DNA of 64,000 bases from a bacterium (GCA_963662285.2 CAXXMV010000006.1:1632001-1696000), one strand, 5' to 3'; counted from the first letter of the stretch, positions 10,937 to 21,529 are shown. The notes: generated by a model not told the origin, from the sequence alone. Program-made: numbers and translations.

Positions 10937-11863
10937 TTATAAGTTCTTTAATTCATCTAATGAAGTATTTGTGCTTTCTATGGCATCTGTGCTGAAGCAG
11001 GGAAGGTCGGGGCAACAGGCTTTTACCAAGCCTTTCAGCACTTCTCCCGGACCTGATTCTACTGCAACCTGGCACTCTTTTTCAATAAAAGTCATCGAAT
11101 CAGTCCAACGCACCGGTTCGCAGAATTGCTTGATAATTTGTTCTTTGATCATAGCCGCGTCTGTAACCGCTTGACCTGTATTATTTGACACCCAGGGGAT
11201 AGTTGCGTCGCAGATTTCAATGTTGTTCAGAAATTCGGCGAATTGCTGCTGCGCTTCTTTCATAAGTGGAGAGTGAAACGCTCCACTGACTTTAAGCGGC
11301 ATGACGCGGCGGGCGCCTTTTTCTTTAAGAGCAGCGGCTATTGCTTCAACCGCATCCGGTTCTCCGGTAATAACCGTCTGTTTGGGAGAATTGAAATTGG
11401 CCGCCTGTACTATGCCATCCGTCCAATTCCGGCAAACTTGATCAACCGCTTCAGGCGCCAAGCCAAGAACGGCCGCCATGGCGCCCGGCTTGGATGTTTC
11501 ATGCATCAATTGAGCGCGTTTGGCGATAATCCGCAATCCTGTTTCAAAATCCCAGGCGCCTGAAGTGGTCAACGCGGCAAATTCACCAGCGCTGTGACCA
11601 GCTGTTAACACAGGAGTTACGCCCGATTCCTTCAAATATTCTGCAATAACGCAACTCAATACATAAATGCAGGGTTGAGTATAAAGGGTAATATTAAGAT
11701 CAGCTTTTTTATCTGGATTGGATAATTCTTCAACTGACCATCCCAGAATATCGGTTGCAGTTTGATAGCGGCTGTTGATTGAGGGATTGGATGCAATGAA
11801 ATCAAGCCCCATGCCTTCGCGCTGCGAGCCTTGTCCGGGGAAAAGGAAAGCAATATTTGTCAT
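10937..11863 (-). CDS. fabD: Malonyl-CoA:ACP transacylase
   Basis: FPGQGSQ, GHSAGE, VSGAFHSPLM. Confidence 0.96.
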   Translation of the reverse strand: MTNIAFLFPGQGSQREGMGLDFIASNPSINSRYQTATDILGWSVEELSNPDKKADLNITLYTQPCIYVLSCVIAEYLKESGVTPVLTAGHSAGEFAALTTSGAWDFETGLRIIAKRAQLMHETSKPGAMAAVLGLAPEAVDQVCRNWTDGIVQAANFNSPKQTVITGEPDAVEAIAAALKEKGARRVMPLKVSGAFHSPLMKEAQQQFAEFLNNIEICDATIPWVSNNTGQAVTDAAMIKEQIIKQFCEPVRWTDSMTFIEKECQVAVESGPGEVLKGLVKACCPDLPCFSTDAIESTNTSLDELKNL

Positions 11864-12019
11864 TGTTATAATTCCGGTAATTGATTTTCAATTTAGTTCA
11901 TGCCGTTTCTGACAAGCTATTCTTAAAAGGTATTCTGAAACGGCATGAGTTTTTCAGATAAGTTTTGGTTAATTCAATAATGCAGCAAAGCGCTGATTGG
12001 AGCGATTATAAAAATCACT

Positions 12020-13000
12020 CTAGAATTGCACCAGGTTAGCGCCCCAGGTCAGACCACCTCCGAAGGAAACGAATATGGCGGCGTCTCCTTCTTTTAACCG
12101 GCCTTCCTGTAATGCTTCATGTAATGCGATTGGAACAGTGGCAGCCGATGTATTGGCGTATTTTTCGATATTGACGTAAAAATTCTTTTCCAGACTAAGC
12201 CCTAAGCGCCTGGCTACAGCTTCGAGTATGCGAATATTGGCTTGATGCGGGATAATCAGAGCGATATCCTCTTTTTTCTTGTTGGTGCGTTCCAGCACCT
12301 TCTCGCACATCTGAGCCATAACCCGAACGGCTTGCTTGAAAATCTCTTTTCCATTCAGATAGAGAAAATGATCATTATTATCGATAGCTTGTTGAGTAAT
12401 AGGGACTCGTGATCCGCCGCATTTCTGGCATAGCAGATCAGCCATTGAGCCATCCGCACCCAATTCCGAACAGAGTACGCCTTTGGTTTCATGAGGTTGA
12501 ATGATGACCGCTCCGGCGCCGTCGCCGAAAAGAACGCAGGAATTGCGGTCTGTCCAGTCTACAACTTTAGTCAGCAGGTCAACGCCAACCAACAGAACAT
12601 TCTTATACTGGCCTGATTCTACGTATGCTTGAGCAATTGACAAACCGTATACAAAACCACTGCATGCAGCGGATAGATCGAATGCCATAGCATTCTTGGC
12701 GCCTAATCTATGTTGAAGGATGCATGCGGTTGCCGGCCAGCTGTAATCGCCTGAAATAGTGGCGATAATCACTGCATCAAGTTCTTCGGGATTTACGCCC
12801 GCAGATTTTAAGGCGTTTTGAGATGCTTCCAAGGCCAAGTCGGAAGCGGCTATGGATTCATCAGATACATGGCGTTCAGACATGCCAGTTCTTTCGCGAA
12901 TCCATTGATCAGATGTGTCTACCATCTTTTCCATATCATGGTTGGTTAGAACACGCTCTGGAACAGCCATACCAGTTGAAACTATATTTGCTAAAACCAC
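12020..13000 (-). CDS. fabH: 3-oxoacyl-ACP synthase III (start uncertain: GTG 13000 or ATG 13015)
   Basis: AACSGF, LFGDGAGA, PHQANIRI, NTSAA, FGGGLTWG. Confidence 0.95.
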   Translation of the reverse strand: MVLANIVSTGMAVPERVLTNHDMEKMVDTSDQWIRERTGMSERHVSDESIAASDLALEASQNALKSAGVNPEELDAVIIATISGDYSWPATACILQHRLGAKNAMAFDLSAACSGFVYGLSIAQAYVESGQYKNVLLVGVDLLTKVVDWTDRNSCVLFGDGAGAVIIQPHETKGVLCSELGADGSMADLLCQKCGGSRVPITQQAIDNNDHFLYLNGKEIFKQAVRVMAQMCEKVLERTNKKKEDIALIIPHQANIRILEAVARRLGLSLEKNFYVNIEKYANTSAATVPIALHEALQEGRLKEGDAAIFVSFGGGLTWGANLVQF

Positions 13001-13032
13001 TAAATTGCCTTTCATTATGAGAAAAAAATAAC

Positions 13033-14025
13033 TTATGTAACCACGGAGGCAAATTCCTCTATGGCGTGTTTGATCTGATCTGTCGGACATTTTTGAGCAG
13101 CTGTCCGGGCTGTTCTAATTCCATTAGCAATCGCTTTGGGACCAGAGCGCCCATGACCGATTAAGCAATGCCCGTTAACGCCCAAAAGAAGCGCAGCGCC
13201 ATAAGATGAATAATCGACGCGTTTCATAGTCTCCTGGAAGAAGGTTTTCCTGTGCGCCGAGTCAACTTCGTTACCGAAAACATGTTCGATTTCGATCTCC
13301 ATGGCCCGGCAGAACATCTTGGCGAAACCTTCGCCGAATTTAAGAATTACGTTGCCGATGAAACCATCGCAGACCACTACATCTGCAGTTCCCCGCATGA
13401 TATCGACGCCTTCAACGTTACCTATATAGTTGATGGGAGCTGTCTTAAGCAGTTTATGCGTATTGAAAGTAAGTTCGTTGCCCTTACTTTTTTCTTCACC
13501 GATAGAAAGCAACCCGATTTTCGGATTGGAAACGTTGAAAGCCATTTTCTTATAGATGGAACCCATCACAGCGAAATGCAATAAATGCTCCGGCTTGCAA
13601 TCCACTGTTGCGCCCACATCTAATAGAAGCGTATAGCCATCAACCGTAGGGAAGGGAGCGATGATTCCCGGTTTGGATATATCGGCGAAGCGTCCCAGAA
13701 CGAATATGGCGAAACCAACCGTAGCGCCGGAGTTGCCCATAGAAAGCAAGGCGTCCGCTTTACCTTGCTTAACTAATGATGTTGCTACGGCGATAGAGGA
13801 ATCACGTTTGGTTTTCAGAGCCGTTGAAGGGGAGTCATGCATATCAACGACGGTCGGAGCATCAACGATAGTAACGTCTAAGCCATCGCACAGTTTATTA
13901 AGACGATCCTGCACCCCGACCAGAATGATTTCCGTATCGGTTTCTTCCGATAAAAATAAGCGAACGCCCTCAATGACATCGTCAGGCGCCCTATCGCCGC
14001 CCATGGCGTCAATGGCGATTCTCAT
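13033..14025 (-). CDS. plsX: Phosphate acyltransferase
   Basis: IAIDAMGGD, LDVGATVDC, GEEKSKG, DVVVCDGFIGN; position between rpmF and fabH. Confidence 0.95.
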   Translation of the reverse strand: MRIAIDAMGGDRAPDDVIEGVRLFLSEETDTEIILVGVQDRLNKLCDGLDVTIVDAPTVVDMHDSPSTALKTKRDSSIAVATSLVKQGKADALLSMGNSGATVGFAIFVLGRFADISKPGIIAPFPTVDGYTLLLDVGATVDCKPEHLLHFAVMGSIYKKMAFNVSNPKIGLLSIGEEKSKGNELTFNTHKLLKTAPINYIGNVEGVDIMRGTADVVVCDGFIGNVILKFGEGFAKMFCRAMEIEIEHVFGNEVDSAHRKTFFQETMKRVDYSSYGAALLLGVNGHCLIGHGRSGPKAIANGIRTARTAAQKCPTDQIKHAIEEFASVVT

Positions 14026-14074
14026 GCGTATTTCCTTCCAGGTATTTCAGCAGCCTATACGCCGTTAAACGGCT

Positions 14075-14242
14075 TTAGACTACCGTTGCATTCTTGTAAA
14101 AACCACAATGAGGGCATACGCGATGCGGCATTTTCCAACTACGGCAATTAGGACATTCTGATAATGATGCAACCTTGATAGCATCATGTGAACGTCCCAT
14201 ACGGTTTTTTGATCTTGATTTTCTGTGTTTCGGATGAGCCAT
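14075..14242 (-). CDS. rpmF: 50S ribosomal protein L32 (55 aa; below the ORF-track cutoff)
   Basis: Own translation: MAHPKHRKSRSKNRMGRSHDAIKVASLSECPNCRSWKMPHRVCPHCGFYKNATVV; zinc-ribbon form, directly upstream of plsX. Confidence 0.95.
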   Translation of the reverse strand: MAHPKHRKSRSKNRMGRSHDAIKVASLSECPNCRSWKMPHRVCPHCGFYKNATVV

Positions 14243-14344
14243 GATTTCCTCACAATAAAATAGATTTGTTAAAGATTGATTAAAAATATAATGACCTGAA
14301 TTGGAGTAGCCGGCAAAAACCGTTTTCGACTTTTTACCGTTTCG

Positions 14345-14833
14345 TCATATTTGGCCAAATTTTTCCTTTAATCGTTGTGCAACATATTCCGGTACATAAT
14401 CACTGATATCGCCGCCAACTTTAGAAACTTCTTTAACTAGACGGGCGCGAAGATAAATATATTCAAGACTTGGCGCCATAAAAACCGTTTCTATATCGCA
14501 AGCCAGTTTCCGGTTAGTTAGAGCCATTTCAAATTCATATTCAAAATCGGAAACTGCGCGTAAACCACGCAGGATTAAATTCGCTTTTTTCTGACGAACG
14601 AAATCAACCAGCAATCCACTAAAGGAATCTAACTCGATGTTACTAATATTACTGGTGACTTTTTCAAGCATGGAAACCCGTTCTTCGATGGTAAACAACG
14701 GCATTTTGCTGGGATTAGTAACTACCGCAACAACCAGCCGGTCGAAGATTTTTGCGCCCCGTTCGATTAAGTCTAAATGGCCGTTGGTGACGGGATCGAA
14801 CATTCCCGGATATACAGCAATTCTTTGGGGCAT
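14345..14833 (-). CDS. coaD: Phosphopantetheine adenylyltransferase
   Basis: YPGMFDPVTNGHLD, RGLRAVSDFEYE. Confidence 0.96.
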   Translation of the reverse strand: MPQRIAVYPGMFDPVTNGHLDLIERGAKIFDRLVVAVVTNPSKMPLFTIEERVSMLEKVTSNISNIELDSFSGLLVDFVRQKKANLILRGLRAVSDFEYEFEMALTNRKLACDIETVFMAPSLEYIYLRARLVKEVSKVGGDISDYVPEYVAQRLKEKFGQI

Positions 14834-15037
14834 TATTTCAAATCCTAAACAGAGTTAAAACCTAATAAATTTACCAGTAAATAAACAAAGCCAACTGCAA
14901 CCAAGTAGGGTACTTGCGTAAGGGCATTTTATCAAGCGGCGCACTGCATATTGTGTATTTCTTGTTTTAATACACTGATTATATTAATTATTATCTACAT
15001 AATGCCTGACATTAACTGCCCCTGATTACTGATTATT

Positions 15038-16108
15038 TCAATTGGTTGACCAAGGGGCTTTTTTACCAACTGCTTCAACAACCGGAGGAAGAACTTTCAT
15101 TATCTCTTCGAATCCTTGGGCGTCAAGCGATTGTTTCCCATCAGAAAAAGCGCGTGATGGTTCTGGATGAACTTCCAGCATTATACCATGACAGCCCGAT
15201 GCGGCTGATGCGAGGCTCATGGGTTTTACCAGATTTATATCGCCTGTTCCATGGCTGGGATCGACTATAACCGGCAAGTGGGTCAAATCTTTCAGAGCTG
15301 GAACTGCATTCAAATCAAGCACATTCCTGTATTGCGTTTCAAAAGTACGAATACCGCGTTCGCACAGAATCACATTATTATTGCCTTGCGATAATATATA
15401 TTCCGCCGACATCAACCATTCAATAATGGTTGATGACATTCCCCTTTTTAACAGAATTGGCCGTTTTGTCGCTCCCAGCGACTTTAATAGAAAGAAATTC
15501 TGCATGTTACGGGCGCCGATTTGTATTATGTCAGAGTATTGGGATACTAATTCCAGGTGATGCGCATCCATTAACTCCGTCACCACTGCAAGCCCATATT
15601 CTTGACGCGCTTCAGCCAATAATTTCAGACCTTCTTCTTCCAATCCCTGGAAACTGTAAGGAGAAGTTCTGGGTTTAAAAGCGCCTCCTCGCAGGCAGCA
15701 AGCTCCGAACTGTTTGGCGATTTTGGCGGATTCAAGAATCTGATCGCGGTTTTCCACTGAGCAGGGACCAGCGATAACCGTAAATTCCGGACCGCCTATA
15801 GTGATTTTCTTTTTGCCTTCTTTCCATTCAAACTCAAATTCTATGATAGTATCTGGACGGATGAGTCCTTTTTGAATTTCGCGGCTGACTAATTTATATG
15901 GGGGAAGAATAAACTCTACTTTATCAACGCCCGGCTGACTGAGCATGCGGTCATATAGACCTTCTTTACCGCGTTCGTCTCCCACTGCGGCGAGGACGGT
16001 TAAGTTGGTTCCATAAATAGGGTGAACGGTATATCCCGCTTCCTCGATTAAATTTTCAACATTTTTGATATCTTCCTTGGTCGCCTTGGTCTTCATCTGG
16101 ATAATCAT
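15038..16108 (-). CDS. aroF: 3-deoxy-7-phosphoheptulonate (DAHP) synthase, type I-beta with N-terminal regulatory domain
   Basis: IAGPCSVE, RGGAFKPRTSPYSFQG, QIGARNMQN, DPSHGTG. Confidence 0.93.
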   Translation of the reverse strand: MIIQMKTKATKEDIKNVENLIEEAGYTVHPIYGTNLTVLAAVGDERGKEGLYDRMLSQPGVDKVEFILPPYKLVSREIQKGLIRPDTIIEFEFEWKEGKKKITIGGPEFTVIAGPCSVENRDQILESAKIAKQFGACCLRGGAFKPRTSPYSFQGLEEEGLKLLAEARQEYGLAVVTELMDAHHLELVSQYSDIIQIGARNMQNFFLLKSLGATKRPILLKRGMSSTIIEWLMSAEYILSQGNNNVILCERGIRTFETQYRNVLDLNAVPALKDLTHLPVIVDPSHGTGDINLVKPMSLASAASGCHGIMLEVHPEPSRAFSDGKQSLDAQGFEEIMKVLPPVVEAVGKKAPWSTN

Positions 16109-16503
16109 GTCACAGCCTCTTTACTTGGTAATAGATTTGGTGACCGGGTACGCCATGGTATTTAGAAAATAAATAATAATGGATCGAATGGAAATCCCGC
16201 CCGGAGACCTTTATTCTAGAGTCAGAACTGTGGGATTAAAGGTTTAAGTTTTTCAATAATGCAAGTTATTTCATCTTTTTCGCTAAAATTCCTTACAAAA
16301 TTGAAGTTAAAGCGTAAAACAGCCAGTTCAAACTTCGATTATTACGGCGTAATAGCCGAAGCGGTCGTCCTGGGTAATGTCTCTATTGGCGTTAGGGAAA
16401 AGATATATTGGGATGCTGAAAGCAACCAACTGCCCGGCAGCGGATCGATTTATCAAACCGATTTAACATAATGGAAGGGTGGTTGTTATCAACCCTCTCC
16501 TAA

Positions 16504-16525
16504 CCTCTCCCAATCTTGGGAGAGG
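16504..16525. terminator. GC-rich hairpin downstream of the flagellin gene (terminator or REP-like)
   Basis: cctctcccaa-tc-ttgggagagg perfect 10-bp stem; no clear U-tract. Confidence 0.5.
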
Positions 16526-16555
16526 AATGATTATCTATGGTTGTTGTTTAACTTC

Positions 16556-18952
16556 TTATCTCAAAAGATCAAGAAACATGTTGTTATACAAGTTATTGGC
16601 TTGAGATTGAACATTGATATTGCTTTGCAGAAGCATCTGGTTCAATGAGTTCCGGGTTGATTCTCTGGCGAAGTCGGCATCCATAATTCTTGATCGGGAT
16701 GCAAGTAGATTTTCAGAAGCGACGGATAAATTATTGGCGGTCGCTTCGAGCCGGTTGGTGACGGCGCCAATTTCTCCGCGCGTCTGGTTAACTTGTTCCA
16801 TGGCCTGATCAACAATAGCCAGCGCTTCATCAACGCCGCCTGCTTCAGTTATGTCAATATCATTGAGCGACCGGCCTTTTCCTAAACCTAATGATCCAGG
16901 GCGTACGTCGCCAAACCTCATGCCCATTCGATCTCCGGCGTTGGCGCCAATCTGGAAATTGGCCTCCCGGCTTACAGCGGATATGACTACAGTGCTGAAT
17001 GCTCCCTCGCCCGCATCGGGGACATTGACGTTGGCGTCAAAATCAAGCGTTAGCGTTTCACCCTGACGGATGCCATTGTTAAATGTTACATCCTGCGCGC
17101 CCGCTCCAAACCGGACATTGGGACCGCCATTAAGGGAACCGCTGAACTCTTCGCGGGTAACGTTAATTTCATCAGTTCCATTGCTGAGGTTATCGCCCAT
17201 ACGTAAGGTTATCTGTGAAGCGCCTGCGCCGTTTGAATCGCCGGGGCGTCCATAGAGAGTGGCATTTTCGCCAGCCCTAACTCGTTGCGCCGGGCCGCCA
17301 TTTACCCTTACCGTGGCTTGTTGATCGTTGCCTGCTGTTACGGTGTTGGCTGAATCTGAAATTGTGGCGAAGGTTCCACCTCCGGCGGAGCGGTCGTTAA
17401 CCGTGATGTTGAAATTGGATTGTGATGTTCCGGCGACGTCATCCACCAGTTGAAGGTTGCCGCCGGATGTCAACCGGGCGGTGGCGTCTTCAAAGCCGCT
17501 TTGTCTGCCAATGCCTCCAGCGGCGTTGGTGCGGTCACGAACATTCAGTTCGTCAACCAGGTCTTGTATGGTTACAGCTGCGCCGTTGCCCGCTGACCCA
17601 TCAACATTGGATACGGTTATGGTATTGGTGAAGGTTGATCCATCGGCGTTGGTTCCATTGATGCTGATAGTATCGCCTTGAGCCAGGGTTGCGCCATTGA
17701 ATACTGAACCGATCAGGTTGGTTGTTAAATCCGCTGCTCCTCCGCCAGCTTGTTGGAAGGAGACGTTGCTTTCAACTACCCGCGCCTGGGCTTGGGTGAC
17801 ATCGGAAACCTCTATGGTCAGCGTTCCGGTATCGAAGGTATTGCCCGTGATGGCGGTGACGGCGTTGCCCACCTGGGCGCCGGTAGCTGCGCCGCCGATT
17901 TCTGCGGCGCGGGTGGTTGCGGTTGTATTTTGAACTCGGTTATTTGCATCAAGGGATGTGAAATTTACATTGAAATCAGAAACTCCAGTCACCGCGCCGT
18001 TGGAGAACTCCATGCGTCCAGTAGTTGCGTTGAATGAAACGTTGGTTTCAGCCGCATTGGTTCCAGCGGCGCTATTGACGCCTTGTTCCATTTCGGCGGC
18101 GTCAATCGATGCTTGGATGGCATCGGCCAGACTGGTTCCGGCGCCTCCACCTCCGGCGATATCTGATCCCGCGGATATTTGGAATGAACCGGAAAATTCC
18201 GTCACGCCATCAGCCAACACGCCGCTGAAGGCAATAGTTCCACCAGCCTGGAGCGCCGCTCCGTTGAATGTCACATTGGTAAGGTTCTCACCAGCAGCTG
18301 CGGCGCCGGTTCCATCATCGAAGGTTCCCTGAGTGACGGCGATATCCTGTTGATTTTGGATTCCGGCGTTGATTGTTGCCGCGCCGGGATCATTTCCGCT
18401 GACAATAGTAGCTGAACCTTCCTGGACGCGGGTGATATTGAAAAAGTTTTCCCGTGTGGTCAGGTCGCTATCATCAACATTAACTCCCATATCGGGGGTT
18501 CCCGGACGGATTCCGGCGCTTGAATCGAAATCACCATTTAAGAGAGTATTGGATCCGAATTGAGTAGTATTGGCGATGCGGCCTATTTCATCAACATATT
18601 GATTAATCTCTAATTGAATGGCTTGTTGAGCGCTTTGATCCAATACTCCGGTATTGCCGGATTGAACCACTAACTCACGTATACGCTGGAGGTTTTGGTT
18701 GACCGTATCGAGCGATGAATCAGCCACATTGGCCAGATTTATACCGGTTTGAGTGGCATCGAAAGCTTCTCCTAATCCTCGAAACTGGCTGTTAAGCCGA
18801 TTGGCGATGCTCAGACCAGCTGCATCGTCACCCGCCTGATTGATGCGAAGACCTGAGGTGAGGCGATTCATATTGGTGTTGATAGAACGGTTGAGACCAA
18901 TAAGGTTTTGAATAGAAGATAATGAACTTAGGTTGTTGTTGATACTAGTCAT
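16556..18952 (-). CDS. fliC: Large flagellin (798 aa)
   Basis: N-terminus RLTSGLRINQAGDDAAGL, LQRIREL; C-terminus FQIGAN, RGEIGAVTNRLE, SRIMDADFA. Confidence 0.92.
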   Translation of the reverse strand: MTSINNNLSSLSSIQNLIGLNRSINTNMNRLTSGLRINQAGDDAAGLSIANRLNSQFRGLGEAFDATQTGINLANVADSSLDTVNQNLQRIRELVVQSGNTGVLDQSAQQAIQLEINQYVDEIGRIANTTQFGSNTLLNGDFDSSAGIRPGTPDMGVNVDDSDLTTRENFFNITRVQEGSATIVSGNDPGAATINAGIQNQQDIAVTQGTFDDGTGAAAAGENLTNVTFNGAALQAGGTIAFSGVLADGVTEFSGSFQISAGSDIAGGGGAGTSLADAIQASIDAAEMEQGVNSAAGTNAAETNVSFNATTGRMEFSNGAVTGVSDFNVNFTSLDANNRVQNTTATTRAAEIGGAATGAQVGNAVTAITGNTFDTGTLTIEVSDVTQAQARVVESNVSFQQAGGGAADLTTNLIGSVFNGATLAQGDTISINGTNADGSTFTNTITVSNVDGSAGNGAAVTIQDLVDELNVRDRTNAAGGIGRQSGFEDATARLTSGGNLQLVDDVAGTSQSNFNITVNDRSAGGGTFATISDSANTVTAGNDQQATVRVNGGPAQRVRAGENATLYGRPGDSNGAGASQITLRMGDNLSNGTDEINVTREEFSGSLNGGPNVRFGAGAQDVTFNNGIRQGETLTLDFDANVNVPDAGEGAFSTVVISAVSREANFQIGANAGDRMGMRFGDVRPGSLGLGKGRSLNDIDITEAGGVDEALAIVDQAMEQVNQTRGEIGAVTNRLEATANNLSVASENLLASRSRIMDADFARESTRNSLNQMLLQSNINVQSQANNLYNNMFLDLLR

Positions 18953-19101
18953 GATCTTTTCTCCTGAATGAACGCTCCGTTTTTTAATGAAATACAGAGT
19001 GTATTATATTTTATCATTTTTATACCATGTTATACAAGCGATAAATTACATTATGTTTACTAATATAAAGTACATTGATGCAATATTTGTTTGCAACCAG
19101 A

Positions 19102-21441
19102 TCATGGAAGATCTAACAGGATTTGCAATACTGCTTGCGGCATAGAGTTAGCTTGCGCCAACACTGCGCTTTGCGCTTGCAACATAACAGTATTTAAGGC
19201 TAATTCTGTAGTTTCCTGTGCTATATCAGCGCTGACAATGCTGGTATGTGCGTTCTCAATGTCTAATGAGGCTAAATCGAGAGTTTCTATTGCATCGTCC
19301 AGGCGGGAAGCAAAAGCGCCTAATCTGGCGCTGAAACCATTAACTTGTTCCAGGGCGTCATCAATTATAGTCAAGGCGGCGGTAGCGCCAGATGCGGTAG
19401 TCACATTTATGCTGTCTAAATTATTAGTTGAGTTGCTTCCTAAGTTTTCTGAACGCAAGTCAGCAAAGATGAATAATTTCTGGCTGTTGGAATCTTTGCC
19501 GATTTGGAAATTAACTGCATTGCTGGTGGTTGAGAGAACGAACGTTTCACCCCCCGATGATGCAAGGGTTGTGGCATCCAGGATGGAATCGAAATCAAGT
19601 GTAACCTGTTGGAATTTCTTAATGGGGTAAATAGAAGCTTGACCGGCGGTGAATTGCACTGCCTGGTCTCCATTTTGGAATGTGACTATTTCGCCGCCAT
19701 TCAAACTACCGACAAACTCTTTGGCGGAAGTCTCCAATTGATCATCGCCTGCAGCGAGTCCCGTGCCTAACCTGATAGTAACTTCCGGATTTGGACCGCC
19801 GGATAGATTAACGCCTTCCAGAGTTACAACTTGCCCGGCATCGACCTGCTGCGCCGCGCCTCCATCAATTGAAACGGTAGCTTTTTCTCTGGAGCCTGCC
19901 GCATCAACTGTAGAATTTACGGTTTGGCCTCCAGCGCTCACAATTATTTGCAGATTGGTTGTTGAATCTTTTCCAATATCATCAATTAATTGAATTTCAC
20001 CTGCGCCGGTTAGAGTGGCGATGGCGCCGTTAAATCCCCGGCTGGTCAGGCTTTGATCCCGGTTGTTTAATTCTTTAATTAAACCGGAATATGTTTCAAT
20101 AATTCCATCTCCGACGCCTGTATCGAATCCGACGGTGTAAGTAGTAGTAAAGGTGCTGCCATCAGATTCCGTGCCATTGATTTGGAAAGTACTGCCCATG
20201 ACGATAGATACGCCATTGAGCAACGAGTCGCTTAAACTGGTGGTATTGAATACAGGTCCGCCGCCATTACGGTCAAAATTGTTGCTGGTAGTAATTTGCC
20301 GTCTCTGCTCAGCGATAATATTACTTACCGTAATATCGAAGGTTCCTGAGTCAAAGGTTGAACCTGTTATGGCGGTTACGCTATTACCAATCAGAGCTTC
20401 AGATATCGTTCCCCCTACTTCCTGGTTATAAATGTTGGTTGCTCTATCGATATCAAAAGTAGTTCGAATAGTTCCCGCCGAATTTCTGACGGCGAAATCG
20501 ATATCGAATTCGGAAATGTTCTGGTCTGTTCCACTGTTGAACTCTAATCGTCCGTTGGCGGTAAGAGCAACGTTTGTTTCCAGTACACCGGTTCCTTCAA
20601 TACCGATATCGTTTTCTGCGGCGTTTATGGAAGCCTGTATGGTATTAATAAGGGTAGTTACGGTGTTTCCTGCCATGACGGATAGCGTACCGCTGAAAAA
20701 AGTGGTTCCATCAGCCAAGACGCCGGAGAAGGTAATATAGTCCATCGAATTTAAGGTAACCCGGTTCATCGAGGTTGCAGCTAAATTGTTGCCGCCAACC
20801 GCCGCGATTCCACCATTAATTAATTGTCCTGTCGACACGGCGATATCGGTAGCGGCGGAAATTCCGGTATGGAAGGTTCCGTCGCCTGCGTCTTTAATTT
20901 CAGTGGTTCCTGAGTCGGTTACGCCGATATTTAAGTATGAACGTCCCGAAAGTAAACTGGTTGCATTGGGACCGAATGATAAACTGGCGCCAAAGTCGCG
21001 CGTACCGCTTTTGAAATTTACGTCGGTGGTTAATGATCCGTTGAGCAGAAATTTATTGCCGAATTTGGTTGTGTTGGCGATTTCATTTAAGGCTTCAATT
21101 TTCTCCTGGATAACGGCCTGTTGGGCGCCGCTTCCACCTGCCGCGGCAACGGCGGCAACACGGATATCATTTAATAGACTAACAATCTGATCAGTTGCGC
21201 TTGAAGCAGTAGCAGTTAAGTTAATAGCTTCCTGGGTATTTTCGGATGCCCGGCTGAGACCACGGAATTGTGTTTCCAGTTGATTACTAAGAATATATCC
21301 GCCAGGATCATCTTTGGCGCTCTTGATGCGAAGCCCTGAACTGATCCTTTCTAGATTAGTCGCGATTCGATTGTCTGTATTATTTAGCCGTCCAATTATT
21401 TGTAAGGCGCTGATATTAGTGCGGATACTTTCAATAACCAT
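19102..21441 (-). CDS. fliC: Large divergent flagellin (779 aa)
   Basis: ERISSGLRIKSAKDDPGG, TKFGNKFLLNG, FQIG, ARLGAFASRL, ADIAQE...QAQSAVLAQAN. Confidence 0.9.
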   Translation of the reverse strand: MVIESIRTNISALQIIGRLNNTDNRIATNLERISSGLRIKSAKDDPGGYILSNQLETQFRGLSRASENTQEAINLTATASSATDQIVSLLNDIRVAAVAAAGGSGAQQAVIQEKIEALNEIANTTKFGNKFLLNGSLTTDVNFKSGTRDFGASLSFGPNATSLLSGRSYLNIGVTDSGTTEIKDAGDGTFHTGISAATDIAVSTGQLINGGIAAVGGNNLAATSMNRVTLNSMDYITFSGVLADGTTFFSGTLSVMAGNTVTTLINTIQASINAAENDIGIEGTGVLETNVALTANGRLEFNSGTDQNISEFDIDFAVRNSAGTIRTTFDIDRATNIYNQEVGGTISEALIGNSVTAITGSTFDSGTFDITVSNIIAEQRRQITTSNNFDRNGGGPVFNTTSLSDSLLNGVSIVMGSTFQINGTESDGSTFTTTYTVGFDTGVGDGIIETYSGLIKELNNRDQSLTSRGFNGAIATLTGAGEIQLIDDIGKDSTTNLQIIVSAGGQTVNSTVDAAGSREKATVSIDGGAAQQVDAGQVVTLEGVNLSGGPNPEVTIRLGTGLAAGDDQLETSAKEFVGSLNGGEIVTFQNGDQAVQFTAGQASIYPIKKFQQVTLDFDSILDATTLASSGGETFVLSTTSNAVNFQIGKDSNSQKLFIFADLRSENLGSNSTNNLDSINVTTASGATAALTIIDDALEQVNGFSARLGAFASRLDDAIETLDLASLDIENAHTSIVSADIAQETTELALNTVMLQAQSAVLAQANSMPQAVLQILLDLP

Positions 21442-21496
21442 GATCGTTCTCCCACAATAGGTTTGAAAAAACTTAGGTAAAAAGAGAACTTTTTAC

Positions 21497-21523
21497 TAAA
21501 GTTTTTGATAAATTTGCCTATAA
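21497..21523 (+). promoter_or_regulatory. sigma28 (FliA)-like promoter pointing away from the flagellin genes, into the structured region
   Basis: TAAA-GTTTTTGATAAATTT(15 nt)-GCCTATAA; one mismatch to TAAA-N15-GCCGATAA. Confidence 0.55.
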
Positions 21524-21529
21524 TGAGAG

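Noticed and set aside
11898-11948. 12-bp inverted repeat between fabH and fabD as an operator or mobile element
   Set aside because: Single occurrence with a 27-nt loop; most simply an mRNA-stabilising or attenuating hairpin, and nothing more can be supported.
13001-13090. Long N-terminal extensions given by the ORF track for fabH (also fabF and bshA)
   Set aside because: They overlap upstream genes or lack an RBS; downstream starts fit the family N-termini better.
16259-16471. 70-aa ORF between aroF and the flagellin
   Set aside because: No RBS or recognisable motif; overlaps the hairpin-rich segment.
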